Positions 52,028-63,950 of a DNA stretch of 64,000 nt are shown in pieces. A model generated the notes under the pieces. The model searched no databases. It saw only the letters and a program-made list of their open reading frames with translations, and had not been told where the DNA came from. Location of the stretch: assembly GCA_028534125.1 (NCBI GenBank), contig CM052832.1, forward strand, positions 8,310,001-8,374,000, read 5' to 3'. The position numbers and the translations under genes are program-made. Source of the DNA: Lama glama (Eukaryota). Within the stretch, counting starts at the first letter, position 1. Each line of letters begins with the position of its first letter.

Positions 52028-53334
52028 TCCCTTGCATCACCTTCACACTCACACATGTGCTGGGTGGCCCCACATCACCTTGAGTCTCCATCTGGCTCAG
52101 AGCCTGGATCCGGGATTTGGGCTCTGCTATTACTCCCTGTGTGAACTCAAGAAGGATTCCTCCCCTTCCTAGGCCTCAGTTTCCTCTGCTGTCTTGGAGA
52201 CTCCCCAGTCTCCAAAATCCCTTCTAGTCAATAATCTAAGAAGGAACTTTGATGAAGTCAGCCAGTGAAGGGAGAGCTAGGAGAGTGATTGCAGCCGGGG
52301 CTGAGGGGGAAGAGTCCCTCCCTGTCCAGAGTCGACCACCCCCAGGGCTGCAGGCAAGAGTGCAGGGGAAGGGATGGTAATGGCCTGGTGGACTATTCCC
52401 AAACCAGTCAGCTCAGGGCCTCCGGGGCACCTCTGCAGCCACCACCTCCAAGGGAAAGGCCTAGAGGTTGAACTTCCACAGGGCTCCCCCTCAGACTGGG
52501 GCTCCCTGAGGTCGGGGCTGTGTCTCGCCTCAGAATGAGAGCCCGACAGGTCGAGAGCTTTTGGTTCCACCTTTGTTTTCAAACCAGCTCTTCCCCTCCT
52601 TGAGGCCCTGACCCACCACCAGGGCCAGTGTTTTTGTGACATGTGACTTGGACCCCAGGGTGATGGCACCCACAGAGACAGAAGCAAGCAGAGTTAACAA
52701 TCTGAATAGCAATCTACCAGGTCTTTTGCATCTTCTACCTGTTTTACTCAAATCATCCCAGGAATGTGAGTCACGCCTAGATCTCATTCCCCAGAGGAAA
52801 GCTCAGGGCAGCGAGTTTCAGAAAGTCAGGGATTTGTCAAGTCACACAGCAGCAGGTCCCTAGCCCCTCACCCTCAATCCATCGTGTCCACCCATCCAGA
52901 CCCCACGACTGCTGGTGAGAGCCACCTCTCCCACTCCCAGGAAGGGGTTAAGGAGCACTAGCCCTGGCAGGGTGGAGGGCAGTTGGGAAAGCTAGGGAGG
53001 GAGCAGTGTTTCTCCACTTGGCCAGAGCTTCAGTTTCCCAATCCAGTGTTACTGGGGGCAGAGACAGGAGCTGGGCAGGCTGGCACCACCAGACTGTGGA
53101 TCCCAGCACCTTTTCCTGCTGGGGTGACTGGGGAGCCAGACTAGCCCCTGAGGGATGGGCGCCCAGCTCCAGCTGAGGCAAGGCAGGAAGGCAAAGCCAC
53201 CACCTAGGAGAGTGAAGAAGAGCCCCCAGAGAGAAGGCTGCCAGCTGGCCTGGAACCCGTAAGTTGGAGAAGTAGCAGACTCCCTCTTCTAGGTCCCCCG
53301 TTGTCTCTGCCACCCTTCTGTCACAGTTTTAAGA

Positions 53335-53592
53335 GATTGTCTTCCTGACATTTTTGTCTTACATAATGCATGTGAAAAAACACATCCTACATGGGAACTC
53401 TGAACACATACACATACACACCACCCCAAGAGTTTCAAGAAACAACACTTGCCCTTACTACATGCAAGCATCTGTGAATATCACTACTCTATTCTCTTTC
53501 CTATTTTAGAAAAAGCATCATGCTGGCTGCAGACCACTAAAGTGACCTCATGACCCACCGATAGTTGACAGTTTGCAGTCTGGAAAACACTG
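53335..53592. mobile_element. hAT-Charlie MITE (subfamily uncertain, MER112/MER117-type)
   Basis: CTTGCCCTTACTACATG...ATGACCCAC...GGAAAACACTG terminal repeat. Confidence 0.6.
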
Positions 53593-54250
53593 CTGTAAGC
53601 TCGCCAAGCAAGATCCATCACCATTGCACAAATAGGGACACTGAGGCCCAGAGGGGAACCCGAGCCTTCCCAAGGTCACCGGGCTAGTCAGTGACAAAGC
53701 CCCAGCCAGAGCTCAGGTGCCTCCTAGGGAAGATTTTCCACTGTAAAGTTTCTAGAGCTTCAGGGACTTCTTGAGATAGCTGCCTGCAAAAAAAAAAAAA
53801 AAGAAAAGAAACCAAGGCTGAGGGAGAGGATTACTGCCAGCAGACCATCAGAAAGGGTGAGATGGAGGTTTGCTGACCAGCAGGCTCTCTAGGGCTCCCC
53901 CAGGTCAGTGCTCAAGGCCATATTGAGCCTATGAAAAGGTCAGGCTTGGGCAGTCAGCATTCACTTCCTCCAGAGATAGGTCCCAGTGATGAGGAAGATG
54001 GGAAAGAGAGGCTACCGATCTCAGGGGTGAGACACAAAGCCCATCCCTCAGGGAGCCGTCTGAGAGGGGAGACCCTACCTCTGCTGCAGGCAGAAACTGA
54101 GGGCGTATCCAGACTGAGTGTCCGAATTCCTCATCTGCACTGGGAACTTCACTGACAAAGCAGCGAGAATGGTGGGGACGGAGGGGAAGCATCGAAGCAC
54201 CTGAAGGAGTCACCCGCGTGGAAGGGCCAACCATTCCATCCAGACAAGTC

Positions 54251-54346
54251 TGCCAGGTTAAGTACAGGATACCCAGTTACATTTGAATTTCAGATAAACA
54301 ATGAAAATTTAACTGGGCATCGTGTATTTGATATCTGGCAACCCTA
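54251..54346. mobile_element. MER53 palindromic MITE, centre deleted
   Basis: TACAGGATACCCAGTTACATTTGAATTTCAGATAAACA...TTTAACTGGGCATCGTGTATTT...TCTGGCAACCCTA. Confidence 0.85.
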
Positions 54347-55307
54347 CCTCCAGGACTGTCCCTCCTCAGACCCAAAAGGTCAGGCTGTCCAGGGGCATTG
54401 AGGCCCACACAGCAGGAGAAACTCAGGGATCCAGGCACCTGGTACGGATCCGGGGGCCTCCCTCAGCCTCCAGCAGGCAGTCCTCAGACCCACAGACACC
54501 CCCAGCTTGAGCAGCTGCCTCTGCCCCCACCCATCCCCGAAGTGTGGCTGGGATGGAGAAGGAATGGCCTCTGGAGTGAGCATCTGGTGGTGGGCAAGGG
54601 AGCAAACAGCTTCCTCGCCCCTTCTCTGCTGCCCTGCCAGGCCACTAGAGATAAGACAGTCTTCAGGGAAACTTCCTGTGAAGCAAACGCCAACGGCTGG
54701 GCCTGGCACACCACCGGCATCTGGAGGCCGTTTCTCTGAAGTCATGGGGCCTGAGGGGGAGGGTTTTACCAGCATCAAGTCAAGCTCTTCCCCCCACCCT
54801 CATGTCTCTTCTGCCTTCCTTCTTTCCTGCACCCCCGAGCACACACACCCACAGTTTTGGCTTTTAGTGTGGCCTCTGGAGTCACATAGTGCCAAGGGTG
54901 TGGCTGGGGAGGCCACAGCCCGAAGGAAAGGGGGTAAGCCCACTGGCCTCACCAAGAGGGCTTTCTCTGAGTTCTCATAGCCTTTGTGGCCAAAAACATC
55001 CCCTTCCCCAAGCCCAGGAGAGGGGGCTAAGTGCCGGGTCCCAGGCCCTGCCTGCAGCTCATTACTAAGAGGAAAGGAAAAGTTGTTTCTGCCTTCCCTG
55101 TGGGTTTCTACACGGGCTGTTTCCACATCCCACACCAACCAAGGGCCTAAGCCATCTAAACTGCTGAGCCTTTTTTGGGTTCTACAGCTCAACCTCAAGG
55201 AAGCAAGTCCAGAGTTGCACTCCCATCCTCAGGGGGCACCCAGGCTGATGAGAGAGACTCTGTCCCTGCCCTTGGGGACCCTGACAAAGTGACATAACTA
55301 ATGTCTA

Positions 55308-55770
55308 CTCATTCATTCATTCAACAAGTATTCTATTGATTGAGCCCCTCTTGAGTGAGAATCACTTTATATTCATTATCTAATTTAATCCACATTAACA
55401 CTTGGGAGATAGGTGTTATCACGCCCATATGACAAATTAAGACAATCAGGGCCAGAGAAGTCAAGCAACTTGCCCAGGGACACAGAGCCAGAAACCGCTA
55501 CTGATGTCAGCTCTGTCTGACCCCAAATCCGTTCTTCCCATCACCCTGCGCACAGTCACGTTAGGGGCACTTACTACACACAGTAACCCCCCTCAGGTCT
55601 GCCCACATCTCTCCTGGCCTTGGGTATCATGATATCTGATTAACAGACAACTAAGTCTCAAACAGGTAATTTTGTCCTCAGACACATTTAGAAGCTGTTA
55701 GGTTTGGGTTTTGGACATCAGGGACCCAGAATTAGCTGCCAGGATTTGAACCCAGGCAGTCAGGCCAGGC
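55308..55770 (-). mobile_element. L2 tail and MIR fragments
   Basis: (CATT)nCAACAAGTATT; CAACTTGCCCAGGGACACA; CAGGATTTGAACCCAGGCAG. Confidence 0.75.
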
Positions 55771-56694
55771 TGGGCCAGAAATGACCCAGTCTTATCAATT
55801 CTGTGGCTGCCGGAGAATGGGTTATTAATAGGCATGAGGTGTTTTATTATTGCTGAAGAGTCAGCAGCTCCTGGAGGGGATCTTGGGGTCATGGGACTCC
55901 CGCCATGTCAGCCCCTCACCCCCCAGCCCCTGGGGGCACATCCTGAGAAGTCAAATCCTTCAGCTGGGCTGGGAACCCTTCCCCAACCTGGCGGCTGCCC
56001 CGTGACCAGAAGTGGTGACTTCTGTCACACTTGTATACGTGAGAGCCCTTGTGGGTGGCTCGTGCGGAAGAAGACCTGTGACCCGGCATCTTGCTCCGGG
56101 TGAGAGTATGCAGTGAGGGTGTCTGCCAGGGGCCAGCCTCGGGGGCCCAGCAGGCCTGGAATCCAGGCCCAGCCATTCTCCCTCTCTCTGTGTCCCTCAA
56201 GCTGGACAGAGATAAGCGAGGATGGAGCAGGTGGGAAGCCCTGGGGAGTGAAGCAGAGCAACCTGGGGTAGGTGGGCGTGGAGAGTCTTGGGGAAGCCAA
56301 GAGCAAACAAATATGCAAACGTCCTCCCTAAATTATTTCCCCAGAAGTCATCTTCCTGCTGCCTCCCCAGGAGATGGTAGCTCCCAGCTCTCAAAGTCCC
56401 GGGGAAAGCATGCTTCTCCCTGCCCAAGTCCCAGAGTTCCCTCCCCATAGCTATACCACAGACCTGTCCCCCAGAGATCCTGGAGCCCTGCTGGGAGGGC
56501 TTCTGAGATGGACCCTCCTGAGGGCCTGGCTTGCATCACTCCTCAGCGGGGGAGTAAGGATGCATACTTGCAAAAATGGGTATAAAACTCAGTCATGCTA
56601 TTTCAGTTTAAAAATTAAAAAGTGAGGAGGAAAAAAACAGCCAAATTATACTAAAGTAGGAGAAGAAAAAGGCATTGACGTGGGGACTAGAAAT

Positions 56695-56890
56695 AACAAC
56701 ATAATTATAATGACCATTGTGAGCACACCCTACATACCTGGCACTGTATTGGGTACTTTCACACATCACTTCCTCGCCTCAAGCTCACAATACAGGTGTG
56801 ATTTTCCCCATTTCAGAGATAAGAAAGTTGAGGCCCAGAGAAATAATTTGGCCAGTGGCAGACCCTTGATTCCATCCTAGATCCGTCAGA
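56695..56890 (-). mobile_element. MIR
   Basis: CCTGGCACTGTATTGGGTACTTT...CCCCATTTCAGAGATAAGAAAGTTGAGGCCCAGAGA. Confidence 0.75.
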
Positions 56891-58440
56891 AATCCTGGTG
56901 GGGCTTGGAGCAGTCAGATGGGGCTCTGCAGAGACAGCAGGCAGGGCATTGGCGGTGAGGTCCCTACAGGCTGGCCATCACCTCACTTTCTGGGGGACTT
57001 CCAGCCCCAAGATGGTTGCCTCAGCTACAGATGGGGTGGGGAGTGGGGACATGGTCTTCTTGCAGGGAGCCTGAGGAGGTGAGAAAATGGGATTCTCAGA
57101 GGAGACAGGCAGAGCCCCAGGAAAGGGAGAGGGGGATATGTGTTGGCATCTGCCCCACTTGGAGCCAGACCCAGGGACCGTCAGGGGATGTGTGGGGAAA
57201 CACCAGGGCCCAGGCTGGTGAGCTATCATTGGCTCATAGCAATACAGAGAGAAGTCCCATGGGGACTGTAAGTGTGTGCTGGGAGAGGAGGGAAGGTTAC
57301 AGGTCCCAAAAGGGCTCATCAGGCACCAGTATCCAGTGATTCCAAACATCTACAGCAGCTGAATGAAGGCAGTGGGGTGCCTTCCTGAGAATGGTTTCCA
57401 TCTTAATCAACAAAGCAATGTCTGATGGCAGGGGCTGTCTCTCCTCCCTCCGACTAGAAGCTCTGCAAGGGCAGGGAGCACCCGAAGGCAAGGGCCTTAT
57501 TGCCGCCTTCAGGGTGCTCCTGCTTCAGCATAAGTACTTACACTTTCTTCACTGACAGACTAACCCTCCAAAGGTAAATGTAACCTTTTAAAATCTGTTT
57601 CAGATCTCAGCTGCCTCATTCTAAGGAGACCCAGTTCTGGCCTCCCCCCCACCCCCCCGCCATAGGCACCTCTACCCAATGGGTCCTTTTCCTTTGACTC
57701 CCCACTCCCCTTTGTTCTAGCTCCTCCCTCTTCTGCATCACTCCCATCACCCCCTCTGCAGATGCTCAGCCAGGCCCTATCTTTGCCTTGCATTTTCCCT
57801 TTCCAAGAAGATTATAAATATTTACTTATTCCTTCTCTGCCCTCCCCTGTTCCCCCTGTTCTGATGGATAATGTCCTGGGATGCAGCTGAACTGTCTCCC
57901 TCCCAAGAACTCTGAAGCCAACATGGTGGGGCCTCCCAAGGGTCATCTTGTCTGGCCCCCATCTTTAGGCTTTTACTTGCTAAAGCCAGCCCAGGTAAAT
58001 GAGAGCCCATTCCTCACCAGGGCATAGCACATGTGGCTGCTAGTCCATAAATGCTGGAGGGTGGGAGGGAGGGAGGGAGGAAGGAAAGGAGAAGATTCAT
58101 AGCCTTTTCTTCCAAATCCCTGGTGCTTCTCTCTCTGCCAGTTCTTCTCAGCCTCTAGCCTCTCTCCCTCTTGCTGCAGGTGAGGCCCACTTTCTCTTGG
58201 TAAGACATCAATAAAACTGAGTTGCTCTCCTCACTCTAGAAATGTGGACAATATGTTGTCCTGCCTGGGTCAGCCCTTGCCCTGAGTCTTCTCAGCAGGT
58301 CCAACTGCTGGTCTCTGATTCATTTGTAAATATCCTTCCTTCCTTGAGCCTCCCTCCACCCCGTAAGACCATCATGCATAGAGTAAAAAAGCCTTATGGA
58401 TGGGAAGGGACAAAAGTCTTAGCCCCAGAGAAATGACCAT

Positions 58441-58963
58441 TTAGTTAGATGGTTCAGATATGATTGGTGGGTAACAACCACCCCAAAATGTCCACTGTTT
58501 GGAACAACAACAGCCATATATTTACTCACAACCCTGTACATTTGGGCAGGGAATGGCTTCTCTCTCCTTTATGTGTTGTTGCAAGAGTGGCTCATCTGGG
58601 GCCAGAGAATCCAAAATGACCTCACTTACATACCTGGGGCCTCAGCGTTAGGTGGTTGGAACAGCTGGGGGCTGCCTGAGCCCCTCTCTTTCTTGTTACG
58701 TGGCCTTTCCCTCCAGCAGAGCTGTTGGACTTCCGTACAGCATGGCAGCTGCCTTCCAAGAGGGAAAAGATAGAAATTGCAATGACCCTGAAGGCCAAGG
58801 CCTGGAAGTCCCAAAACATTTGTTCTGCCACATCCTCTTAGTCAAAGCGAGTCATGAGACTAGCTCGGAGTCAATGGAGGAAAAGCAGACCATACTGCTT
58901 GTAGCACACAGGCAAAAGAGGTGGAAGAACTGTGGCCACTGTATTTGCCCATGGGCCACCACA
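58441..58963 (-). mobile_element. MLT1-type MaLR solo LTR
   Basis: GTAACAACCACCCCAAAA...TTCTGCCACATCCTCTTAGTCAAAGC...CCACA terminus. Confidence 0.8.
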
Positions 58964-59619
58964 ATGGTATTAACACATGAAACCGATCCAGAATCACTAG
59001 CTTCTATGTGGGTCCACCCAGCCTCCTTGCAGGGGGGAGGAGAGTAGGCTGGCAGGTTCCTTGGAGAAGCAAGTACTCCAAAGGCCTTTGGGGCTGTGGC
59101 CATGGTAGGTTGCCCTTTAGGCAAAAGGGGAAGGGGCTCAGGCTGGGCAGAGCAGAGTTAGGAAGGAGCACTGTATCTCCAGGGAAAACAGTGGCCAGAT
59201 CAGAGGTGAGAGTGTGAGTCCCACAGAGGGGAGAAAAGCTGGGACAACGTGGCACTGGGTCTTGAGAGGTCCTTCGGGAAGGCTGCAGGGGGTGTATGAG
59301 CAGATCTTATACAATCGGGGGACACAGCATGTTCATTTTATCCTTTCTTCCTCCATAGTCTATTTAAAGACCCTTTCTCCCTTCCAAGGCTGCGTGTTGC
59401 AATCCCTTTCGTGCTTAGGTTTCCAATCTTCTACTGATGAGCCTCAGCCCCTGGAGACCTCTCTTGCCTTGCCTCGCCTTACCACACTCAGGGAAATCTG
59501 TATTTCAGTCCTGGGTTTGGCCACCACCACATCCTCCCCCTGTCCCACTTTTCTTCTGCCTGTTTGTATTCAGTCTAGATGATTCATTTTTATTTCTTGA
59601 TGTTCTGCCCTAGCCTGGG

Positions 59620-59810
59620 GCAACTGTGGTGAGGTGGGAAGAGCACTAGACTTGGAGTCAGGAAAGCTGGTTTAAATTCTGCCTTGGCTATTTACTGGCT
59701 GTGTGTCAATTTGGGCAAGTTATTTACCCTCTCTGAGCTTCACTGCCAAGCAGAAATAATGAACACTATCTCCAGGGTGGCTAAAAGAAGGAGACAAGGC
59801 CTGGCATAGA
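59620..59810 (+). mobile_element. MIR
   Basis: GAGCACTAGACTTGGAGTCAG...TTGGGCAAGTTATTTACCCTCTCTGAGCTTC. Confidence 0.85.
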
Positions 59811-59984
59811 TGAAGAGGCCTCTGTTCCTAATCCCCACCACCGACTCACCCAGCCCTGCTCAAGTCTGCACCTACTCACAAGCCCCTCTACCCACCACCC
59901 CCACCAGAGCCAGCACTCACCAACCTCCACAGCCTTGGGGTGAAACAAACCCTCGGTCACCAGGCCTCAGTTTCAACAGTGTCA

Positions 59985-61010
59985 GGCAGATAACAAATGT
60001 TTATTGAGCATGTACTATGTTCCAGGCACCACTCGAAGAGCTGGAGATACAACAATGAACAAAACAGATGAAAATCTCTGCCCTTACATTGCTTGCATTC
60101 TAATAGTTGGGGGAGGCAAAAGGGGGAGTAAATTTTAAAGCTACACTGTCCAAAATGGTAGCTACAAGCCACGTGTGTATATTGAGTGCTTGAAATGTAG
60201 TTACTCCCAACTGAGATGTTTGATAAAAGCAAAATACACATCAGATTCAAAGACTTAGTACCAAAAAAAAGGTAAAATCTCTCATCAACCATTTTGATAT
60301 TGATTCAATGTTGGAATCTTTTAGATATGTTGGGGTTAAGTAAAATATGTCATTAAATTAAATATCAACTGTTTCCTTTTACCTTTTAAAATCTGGCTCC
60401 CAGAACATTTAAATTATATATGTGGTTCACATCATAGTTGTATTGGCCAGCACTGTTCTAGAGTATGTTATAAGGTAGCATGTGCTATGGGAAAAAAAAA
60501 AAAAGAAAGATGATGAGAAAAGGACCCTGAGTGCAGAGGGATAAAGGGATATCAACTGTAAATGCAGTGGTCAAGGGGACCTCACTGAGAAGGTAACAAG
60601 ACATGAAGGCAAGAGAGCCACACATGCTACATCTGGGGAAAGAGAGCTCCAGGAAGCAGGGACAGCCTGTGCAAAGGCCCTGAGGTGGGAGCACACCCTC
60701 TGTGAGCAGAGAAACTGGTGTAGCTAGAGCTGAGTGCTAGGTGTGGGGTGGGGGTGGGATCAGAAGCCATTGAGTCAGGGAGATAGAAGCAGCTGAGATG
60801 GTGCAGGGCCTTTTAAGGCCATTTAATGGACTTTGGCTATTTCTCCAAGTAAAACAGAGTCTTCAGGGTTTTGAGCCAAAATGTGACATGATTCAGCTCA
60901 CATTTTAACAGACCTACTCTGGCTGATGAGAATTCAGGCGAGAAAAGAATCCAGGAGGCCCATTGAGAGGCTCAGGCAAATATCCACTTCAGATGACAAG
61001 AGCCTGGACT
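59985..61010 (-). mobile_element. L2 interrupted by MER33 (60141-60455)
   Basis: CAAATGTTTATTGAGCATGTACTATGTTCCAGGCAC; MER33 ends CTACACTGTCCAA...TTGGCCAGCACTG with flanks TTTTAAAG/TTCTAGAG. Confidence 0.85.
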
Positions 61011-61189
61011 CACAGAGCCATCCTGCAGATTCAGTGTTGACCAGCACAAGAGCTGCAGGTGGAAAGTGCTTGGAAAACGAGCACTTAACTCACTTAACTA
61101 GACCCAAAGTTGTGTGAGGGCAGGGACTGTACAGTGTGGCCAGGAGAGGCAGGGGGTGCCCTCCCAGATCAGCCACTGGCTGTTTTCCT

Positions 61190-61690
61190 GGAGGACTACA
61201 ACAGCCTCCTCCCTGCTGGGTTGCTCCATTTAAAACCCCTCAGCTGCTAGGCTCTTAGCACCATGGACACTGCAGGCAGGGTCTATTCCTGCCTCTCTCC
61301 CACCTCTATCCCCTCACCCACCTCTATCCCCTCACCCACCCCCTGGGTACCCCCTCCATGCTTCTGCTCACACTGTCCCTTCTGCCTGGAATGTCACCTT
61401 CAAGCCTTCCACCCTCCCCTGCCTGTTCTCTCTCCTACACACGCTTTACGGGGCAGCCTAGAAGTAATGTCGTGAGCAGACTCCCTAGACTCTACCACCT
61501 CCAATTCACCCCCTCCCCCAAGCGGAATCAGATGCCCCCATCATATTTGATGTATTTTTCTATTCATGAATGTATAGTTCTGTCTCCTCACCTATCCACC
61601 TTCACCAGATCTTTAAGGGGTGATATTGTATCTTATTCATAACAGCATCCCTTGCCCTGGCGCGATGGCTGATGGCTCAATAAATACAGT
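61190..61690 (+). mobile_element. L2 fragment
   Basis: CTCACACTGTCCCTTCTGCCTGGAATG...GCTCAATAAATA. Confidence 0.7.
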
Positions 61691-62349
61691 TTGAAAGACT
61701 AAGAGGCTAGAAAAGTGGATTTGGAAGCACTGTCACTAATGCCAAAGACCCAGACAGCTCCCATCCTCCCCAGGTCTGCAGGAGAGAAGGGCCCAGGCAG
61801 TAAGGCAGTGCAGGGAGTCCCCTCAGGGACAACCAGAGCTGAGGATCCACCTTCCAGAGGCTCAAGGAACCTCTGGACTATGTAAAACTAGAATTACTCC
61901 CTGGGTCACAGGCCCCTATGAGCACCCCCTTCCCACTCCTAACCTATTACAGCCAACAAGGCTCCAGAGCCAAACGCAGACCCCTCCTATCCCCTGGGCA
62001 GCAAGCTCAAACACATGACCAGTTCCTTCCCTGAACAAGGGACAGTGCCTGGATCACGTGATTCCTGAAGGCAGCCCTATTCACTGCAGGACCCTTGGCT
62101 CCTGCTGAGAAGCTGTCTCTCCCTCCCCCTCTTCCAGAAGGCCCCTCCCCTCCTTCCACAGATGACAGAGAATGGCCGAGCCCCCCCAGGACTGGCCCAG
62201 CCAGAATGGAAGGACTCTGGCCCCCAGCACAATGAGATGGGTCACCCATATCCTACACACCTGGAACCCCTTTCCGATACCTCAGACAAATGCCATGTTC
62301 CCCAAGGCAGGAGGGAACGGGGGCAGGAGAAAGTCTGGAAGAAGGATTC

Positions 62350-62403
62350 AATGGAGAAGGAGAAACCAGCAGGAGCTTTGAGATCAGAATTAAATTCTTT
62401 AAT
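62350..62403 (-). terminator. VEGFA: VEGFA distal poly(A) signal ATTAAA (62398-62403), cleavage ~62377, downstream U/C-rich element
   Basis: ATTAAA ~20 nt upstream of CTCAAA, where the recalled human mRNA ends; followed by GGTTTCTCCTTCTCC. Confidence 0.85.
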
Positions 62404-62550
62404 ACAAAATGCTTTTTTTTTAAGATATATCTGTATTTCTTTGTTGTTGTTTAAAAATAAATATGTACTACGGAATATCTCGAAAAACTGCACTAGAGAC
62501 AAAGATGTGATGTTAATATCTTTTCCCCCACAATTATTACGGATAAACAG

Positions 62551-62566
62551 TAGCACCAATAAATAA
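62551..62566 (-). promoter_or_regulatory. miR-29 8mer site (TGGTGCTA) abutting ARE nonamer TTATTTATT
   Basis: Plus strand TAGCACCAATAAATAA at 62551-62566. Confidence 0.7.
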
Positions 62567-62672
62567 ATGATAACAAATATTAAAATTAAAAAAGGAGAGA
62601 GATTTAGTATGTAGAATTCTCTATTTTTCCGTTTTGTTTTTACATATAAAAAACAGAATAGCAATGTCTATT

Positions 62673-62680
62673 TTATCAGA
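62673..62680 (-). promoter_or_regulatory. miR-361-5p 8mer seed site (TCTGATAA)
   Basis: Plus strand TTATCAGA. Confidence 0.55.
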
Positions 62681-62787
62681 ATCACATATATACATAAACA
62701 TATATATATATTTATATATATATATACAAACACAAGTTGCCAAATATATATATAGTATGTAGATGTATATTGAAACCTTATTTCAAA

Positions 62788-62794
62788 GGAATGT
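62788..62794 (-). promoter_or_regulatory. miR-1/206 7mer-m8 seed site (ACATTCC)
   Basis: Plus strand GGAATGT. Confidence 0.55.
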
Positions 62795-62996
62795 GTGGTG
62801 GGGAGCCAAGGGAAAGGGGAGGGCAGAGCTGAGTGTTAGCAAAATTAAATATCTGTTCAGGACAAGCTAGTGACTGTCACCATCAGGGAGAGAGAGATTG
62901 GAAACATGAATTTTATACACAAAGACCAGTACAAATAAGAGCGAGAGAGCAAGAAAGATACATCTCATAAATAGTTGAAATTAAATATTAACCAAG

Positions 62997-63003
62997 AATA
63001 CTG
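62997..63003 (-). promoter_or_regulatory. miR-200b/c/429 7mer-m8 seed site (CAGTATT)
   Basis: Plus strand AATACTG in AU-rich context. Confidence 0.65.
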
Positions 63004-63223
63004 AAAAAAACCCTACTCTTTAATTAAATTAACTGTTTTAATTTCTAATTAAAAAGGGCTATTAAATAAGTACCGTATATAAAACACTTCTCTTTTCTCT
63101 GCCTCCAGGGTGGGCACGGGGATCCTGCCCTGTCTCTTGATGCCGCGGGAAGGGTTGGGCTGGGGGACAGAAGAGGGTTAACCACTCACACACACACAGC
63201 CAGGTCTCCTGGGGGGACAGAAC

Positions 63224-63231
63224 TAGTGGTT
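63224..63231 (-). promoter_or_regulatory. miR-140-5p 8mer seed site (AACCACTA)
   Basis: Plus strand TAGTGGTT. Confidence 0.6.
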
Positions 63232-63834
63232 TCAATGGTCTGAGGACATCTGGCCCTCCTGGGCTGCACCCAGGAGGCCAAGCTGGGAGAGGGCCAAGGC
63301 AGAGGGCCATCCCTCAGATGACAAGCTCCACCAAAGTCGCTCTTCTCTTCGCCGAGACATGTCAGTGGACTCCTGGGCATCTCGGAAGCAGGTGAGAGGA
63401 GATGAGGGCTGCCCAGGCTCCTGAATCTTCCAGGCAGTGCCCTTGGGGGCAAGATGCCCGTGCAGCACATGAAGGGGATCCCCAAAGCACAGCAGTGTCC
63501 CGAGGCTCCCCAAATTCCTGGTCAGAGCCAGCGTCCTTGTCCCTGTACCTGTCGTCCATCATTCTGTCCATCTGACTTGGGGTAGAGGCTCGGGGCCAGG
63601 GCTGGGTTTGTCGGTGTTCCCAAAAGCAGGCCAAATTTGCCCCCGTGCCCTGGCCCTGCACATCTCCCAGGCAGGGGAGGGGACCCTGGCTTCCCAAAGA
63701 GGGACAAAATGACGATGCCAGAGTCTTCCCTCTTGTCCTCTTCCCTGTCAGGATCTGGGTGGGGACATTCTCCTCCCAACTCAAGTCCACAGCAGTCAAA
63801 TACATCCAGTGAAGACACCAATAACATTAGCAAT

Positions 63835-63950
63835 GTTAATTTAAAAAAAGAATATATATATTTTATATATATATAAAATATATATATTTATTTTTATATA
63901 TATAATATATATATATATATAACACGTATGTATGTGGGTGGGTGTGTCTA
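63835..63950 (-). promoter_or_regulatory. VEGFA: VEGFA hypoxia-stability region: CA-rich element (hnRNP L site, 63926-63947) plus AU-rich stem-loop/GAIT region
   Basis: Minus strand reads ACACACCCACCCACATACATAC followed by ~90 nt of AU-rich sequence, as in the known human GAIT/HILDA RNA switch. Confidence 0.8.
63887..63892 (-). terminator. VEGFA: Candidate proximal AATAAA poly(A) signal in VEGFA 3' UTR
   Basis: TTTATT on plus = AATAAA on minus, inside the AU-rich region; usage not shown by sequence. Confidence 0.45.

Noticed and set aside
54251..54346. MER53 hairpin as a miR-1302-family precursor
   Set aside because: The central MER53 segment that yields the mature miRNA (TTGGGACATACTTAT) is deleted here.
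12591..55045. Recurrent CTCATTA homeodomain-like heptamers
   Set aside because: A 7-mer occurring a handful of times in 64 kb is not clearly above chance without a computed background.
63070..63076. miR-126-3p site (ACGGTAC on minus)
   Set aside because: Offset match only, not a canonical seed site, so not listed as a feature.
63062..63876. ORFs within the VEGFA region
   Set aside because: They lie in the 3' UTR and none resembles VEGF-A protein.
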